A DNA stretch of 64,000 nt from Chlorokybus atmophyticus. Lineage: Eukaryota; Plantae; Mesostigma and Chlorokybus algae. The translations under genes and the position numbers were made by a program. This document shows positions 59,700 through 64,000 of the stretch, one piece after another. The first letter of the stretch is position 1. Each line of letters starts with the position of its first letter. The DNA is taken from assembly GCA_009103225.1 (NCBI GenBank), contig RHPI01001965.1:201114-265113 (forward strand), read 5' to 3'. The notes beneath the pieces were generated by a model. That model saw nothing but the letters and a program-made list of their open reading frames with translations, searched no databases and was not told where the DNA came from.

Positions 59700-60200
59700 A
59701 TTGAGCTTTTATACCACTTGCCGCTCTCCCAACCTGGCACACAACATTTCCAAGGTCCAAGGCCTTGTTACTGTGTGTTGAGCAATTAGCACAAGCTGAC
59801 CTTGTCCAACGCAAGACAACAACCTCGGGAATATCAAACTCCATTGGTTTTCCACAGGACAAACAATCATACCTCGGAACCACAAACCTAGGCTCTCCTA
59901 GTACAAGAGTACTTACGGATTGCCCACACGCATCACTTAGCCTTGCGACTGTCATCACATTGGCAAATCGCACTACCATAGTATGATCCTGTGGTTTGCT
60001 AACTTGGCTTTCTTTATAAGAGTTGTCACATCCTGTGGCAACTCATAGGTTAGGCGAAAGGCCTCAGGCACTGACCAGCTCTGTGTTAGCCCTCATCAAT
60101 GCCTTGTGTAGTTCATCACACTCAGGGCCATATAGGCTCAAGAGTAGACCTACATGAGAGCACACCCCAAAAGCACTATACATGCTTATGGAATGGAAAA
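59700..60200 (-). pseudogene. Very decayed retrotransposon gag with Zn-knuckle remnants
   Basis: Patches GLSPNL and PQDVTTLIKKAKLA, then a Cys/His-spaced segment. Confidence 0.35.
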
Positions 60201-61037
60201 CCCACTTAATCTCTTCTTACTACATAAGTAAGGGACAAAGAATGACTTCTGCAAGCCTTATAGGCGTAACAACTAGTTTAAACAGTACTCGATCATCGCA
60301 ACATCAAGTTTCATAACATTGTAGAAGGCCACATGTGTGGCGCAAAACTTGTGCACAAGGCCGCTTATTGCGACATATATTGAGCGAGCCACGCTACTCG
60401 GCAGCATCACGTCACGTGACGTTGCCTAACGTGCGTCACCTTCACAATGACCAGTGCAATGCGAGCGCGTCAGTGATCGGTCCTTTTACGTCATTTGAGG
60501 CAAATGGCGTACATAGGCGTTGATTGTACTGCCCTCATAATGATACGAGGCTCACATATAGAACAGAGTTCCCCAAACCCTAACAGATTCCCCTCCTGCA
60601 AATAGTCCCCCGCAGCAGGTTAAAAAGGGGGACTTTATAGAATTCGCGGGATTCTACTGGGGTAAATACGATAATGTTGCGTTGATGGTTATTGTAATAA
60701 GTGGGCTGCGACCACTAGGCTACGGTAGCAAAAGACGCTACCATTAATGAGGCCTGTCACAATTTATCCCATATTGTGACATTCTTCTCCAATTTACTCT
60801 ATGCGTTCCTCATTATCTAATGAAGCACTTACTAGCCCAAGTTGCCGTGGTCACGGCCATACCACGACCGGTCCGCCCGCAGCATTTTGGATTCGGCCAT
60901 CCTCACAGCGCGACCTGCCATCGTGGCGCGACCGCTCATAGGTCAAACTAGCTCGGCGCATAGGTTGCGAACCTGCGCCTAGCCTAGGGCAAGCCGCCCT
61001 TATTGATTTTTTTTGCTCTTTGATCTGCCTAGTTCCT

Positions 61038-61071
61038 GTAGGGGACTAAGGCAGCTGCCTTAGTCCCCTAC
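61038..61071. repeat. Perfect 34-bp palindrome
   Basis: GTAGGGGACTAAGGCAG|CTGCCTTAGTCCCCTAC. Confidence 0.95.
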
Positions 61072-61136
61072 GGGAATTAAACTTGAGACGTCAAGCTTCA
61101 TTACCATTGTAACAAGTGGGCTCAGTTAAGATTAAG

Positions 61137-62200
61137 CATATGAGGGTTGCTAGTAGGGTATGCTTATAGTACAGCCAGCTTGTTGTAACTCCCATAGCAT
61201 AACCGCCGCACATGGCCCCAGTAACATCAACAAGCTGACTGTACTATTAGCATACTTTGCTAGCAACCTCATATGCTTAACTTAATTTTCAACACTCCCA
61301 CGCACGCAGCTCGTCCGCATTTGCACATCAGCATGCACAAGCTCCCACGCCTTCATTGCTTTGAGATACCTGGAACTTCTTGCCCCACACCATGATACTA
61401 GCACCAACCTCGAGCTGCTCACTTGTATTGCTTATCATCGTCTTTGCAACCTGCTCGCTTGCATACAATGTACCTCGAGCACAATACCATGCTCGCAGAG
61501 TGTAACCTCTACGGTTCTCGTGCTCAGCTACTCCTCTCCTATCCATGTCCAGGCGTCACACTTGAACACCATGCTGCTGAGTAGGCAGCTCCCACGCGCT
61601 CTCGGCACGCCCTGCAAGTACTTCACGCACTGCAACACTCAAGCTAGAATACACCAGCTCCCACGCTTAAAGAACGCCTCCTCCACCAAGCATTGCTCGC
61701 ACTCGGCACCAAGCTAGATTCACTCAGCTTCCACATATAGCGGACGCCTCCTCGACCAAGTACTGCTCACACTCGGCACCAACCTAGGTCCACCTAGCTT
61801 CCAACATTACCAGGAGATTCCACCATCTCCTCCTCCTTCCCTGAAGGCACTTCCTCCTCGGGGTCTACATACTTCCACATGTCCTTGTGTACAAGCAACA
61901 ACTCCATGTTGACGCTCCATGTATTGTAGTTGTCCACGTTCAATGGCTCGACAATGACCTTTATACTGTCCATGCCTCCGCTTTAGTTGCCCCTCCACTT
62001 CACGCAGAACTTGCAACCTACGCCCCTACCCGCAACCTCAACTTCACACGCTCCTAAGTATGTGTGGGCCCATAACCTGTTAAGAGCTAGCTTCAGTGCA
62101 GTCAATACTAGCTTAGTATAAAAGTCACTGTATGTGGCATATACAGGTGGGACTGCAATACTTTTCTCTTTTGTGATAACATGCTTCTATGTTACACTTG
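61137..62200 (-). mobile_element. Copia family C deletion relic (outer boundaries uncertain)
   Basis: PBS GGTTATGGGCCCAC (62077-62064) after ...CTTAACA; gag start VIVEPLNVDNYNTWSV; GCGTGGGAG then TGTTGAAAA at 61294; only ~780 bp between PBS and PPT; matching full LTR pair not recovered. Confidence 0.75.
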
Positions 62201-62934
62201 GTGTTCCCCTAATGTGAGCGCATGTATGAGGTAGGGCGCATACATGCACACCAATTCTTAATAGGCTCCGACTACTAGGCTATGGTAGCAAAAGACGCTA
62301 ACATAAGTGGAGGTCTGTCTCGATGTATCTCAATTGTGATAGTTAGAAACGCGGCAAGAGCCCTTACGCATCAATTAAGAAATTGCAGTCACACGTAGCT
62401 CTAACTATGCATTGTTTAGTGTGGCCGCATCCACCTCAAGTTGCCTCGTGTGCTACCTTCATGAGACAATGCTTTCTTCTGTAGTATTGCATTATGGTTT
62501 ATACAAATACATAGCATGATTACCCAACAATGTGCACTGTACTTATTGATGACAAGTTCATCGATGTTTTTATGTAGGCTTTCGTCTTAATTAAGATTAG
62601 CTCAATTATTATTACATTATACTGTGTACGAGTGACAAGATACGTGGCACACGACACAAATAACCCATATGATACAATAGCAGATAGCCAACTCGATTGT
62701 ATATACATTAGCATAGCGTTTGAGCGTGGGCGGCAGGGGTCGATGCAGAGCGTGGGCGTGCAGCAGCATGGGGGGATTAAAGCGCAAGTCGACCAATTTC
62801 ATGTTGTGATTTGGGGTGGTATTTGTTATTGCAATGCTTGCTTCTGACTGCTGCTGCTGCCGTCGCTGTTGCTGCCGCTGCTGATTGTTACTGCTATAGC
62901 AGCAGCAGCACCAGCACTATGTTCACATTGTAGT

Positions 62935-63165
62935 TGAGTGCTGTGCACAGCAACTTGTGTGCGCAGCGATTAACTGGTCGCTGAAATGCTGCGTGATGTG
63001 TCTAGTTGCTATTGTTACTAGTTGTGGTTAATTGCTGCGCACCGCAACTTGTTTGCGCAGCAATCGACCGGTTGCCGATGTAATATTGCTGCTAATTATT
63101 GATTGCAGACGATTGCTGCGCACAGCCACTTCAGTGCGCAGCAATTAATGCGTCGCTGTAGTGCA
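62935..63165. repeat. Three ~90-bp imperfect tandem units, each with a CTGCGCAC...GTGCGCAG hairpin
   Basis: Units at ~62941, 63035, 63116. Confidence 0.7.
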
Positions 63166-63539
63166 ACTCTCCGCGCAATAACTTGGTTACTAATTATTCT
63201 TGAGTGTTGCGCATAGAATTTGCTATGTGCTGCGCTTTTACTATATTGCTGTGTTGAAGTTGCGACTAGTTACTATTGTAGTTGCTGTACCTTGATTGTT
63301 GTTGTACATTGCTGGTGGCTGTATCTTGCTGTCAGCACAGCCACCAGCAACACCTTGTCGATAACGGATGTAGACAATGGAATCACATGATGTATATTGC
63401 TATGCAGTGCAAACAAGAACACTCCAGAGGGGAGAAGTACATGAGAACACTACTCCGCGCCAATCGAAGTGTTCACGTCTGCCCCCACCATTGCAGTACG
63501 CCTCCGGTTGCTCCTTGTTCTGCTGCCAACATCTTCAAG

Positions 63540-63725
63540 TTCCAACATCTTGGACCCCCCTTAGCTGCCTGCTCTTAGAGGTTTAAGATCTTAAACCTCT
63601 TCGAGCTATATGTTCCTGGAGGTTTATAATCTTGGACCTGCATTCACTTTGAGGTAAGAGAGTCCAAGATCTTGGACCATCGTTTAGCTGTATGCTCTTG
63701 AAGGTTTAATAAGTTAAACCTCCCT
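63540..63725. repeat. Array of AAGATCTT-centred palindromes, ~40-bp spacing
   Basis: Perfect palindromes at 63577-63600 (24 bp) and 63662-63677 (16 bp); degenerate cores at ~63546, 63627, 63708. Confidence 0.75.
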
Positions 63726-64000
63726 TTGCTGCCTGCTATTGGAGTTCTCCAGTAATGCAATTGCTTCTTATGAACTTACTACTTTGTAAACTGCAGACAA
63801 CGCTTGGCAAATGTTAGCCCTGGTCAAGGATTGCAACAAAAGCCTGCAGGCACGCAGCAAAAATAAAGTGTCAGTAAGAAGAAGCAAGATAAGATTCCTC
63901 CACTTGAAAGTTCCCCAAAGTTGAAGACATCGGTCGTATCTCTTCCAATGATGACGAGCAGAACAACAAGCGAGCAGATAGCAGTGACAATCAGCCCGAC

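Noticed and set aside
63290-64000. Host gene start near the window end
   Set aside because: Short ORFs with stops and frame inconsistencies; more likely the decayed 5' part of a transposon.

Overview
Eukaryotic, green-lineage DNA, most likely a streptophyte alga or early-diverging plant: it has GT-AG introns, plant-type genes, and primer sites matching plant initiator tRNA-Met. Only the first ~3.6 kb is host genes: the 3' part of a Get3d/At1g26090-like ArsA-family ATPase with a C-terminal alpha-crystallin-like domain, and a convergent two-exon gene of a conserved plant family of unknown function. The other ~60 kb is a nested transposon pile. It holds two near-complete Ty1/copia copies (family A), two internally deleted copia copies plus solo LTRs (family B), a third copia relic (C) and a Ty3/gypsy chromovirus fragment. 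It also holds DDE and KDZ transposase relics, an intact gag-protease-only element (G), and about nine pieces of a tyrosine-recombinase (DIRS-order, PAT-like) retrotransposon. That DIRS family is the most unusual system here. It combines split direct repeats with a Dam-like domain, has two phase-conserved spliceosomal introns in ORF1, and carries a short 3' ORF with an RVxF-like motif. Coordinates and target-site duplications (TSDs) were read by eye; family names come from motif recognition, not database searches.
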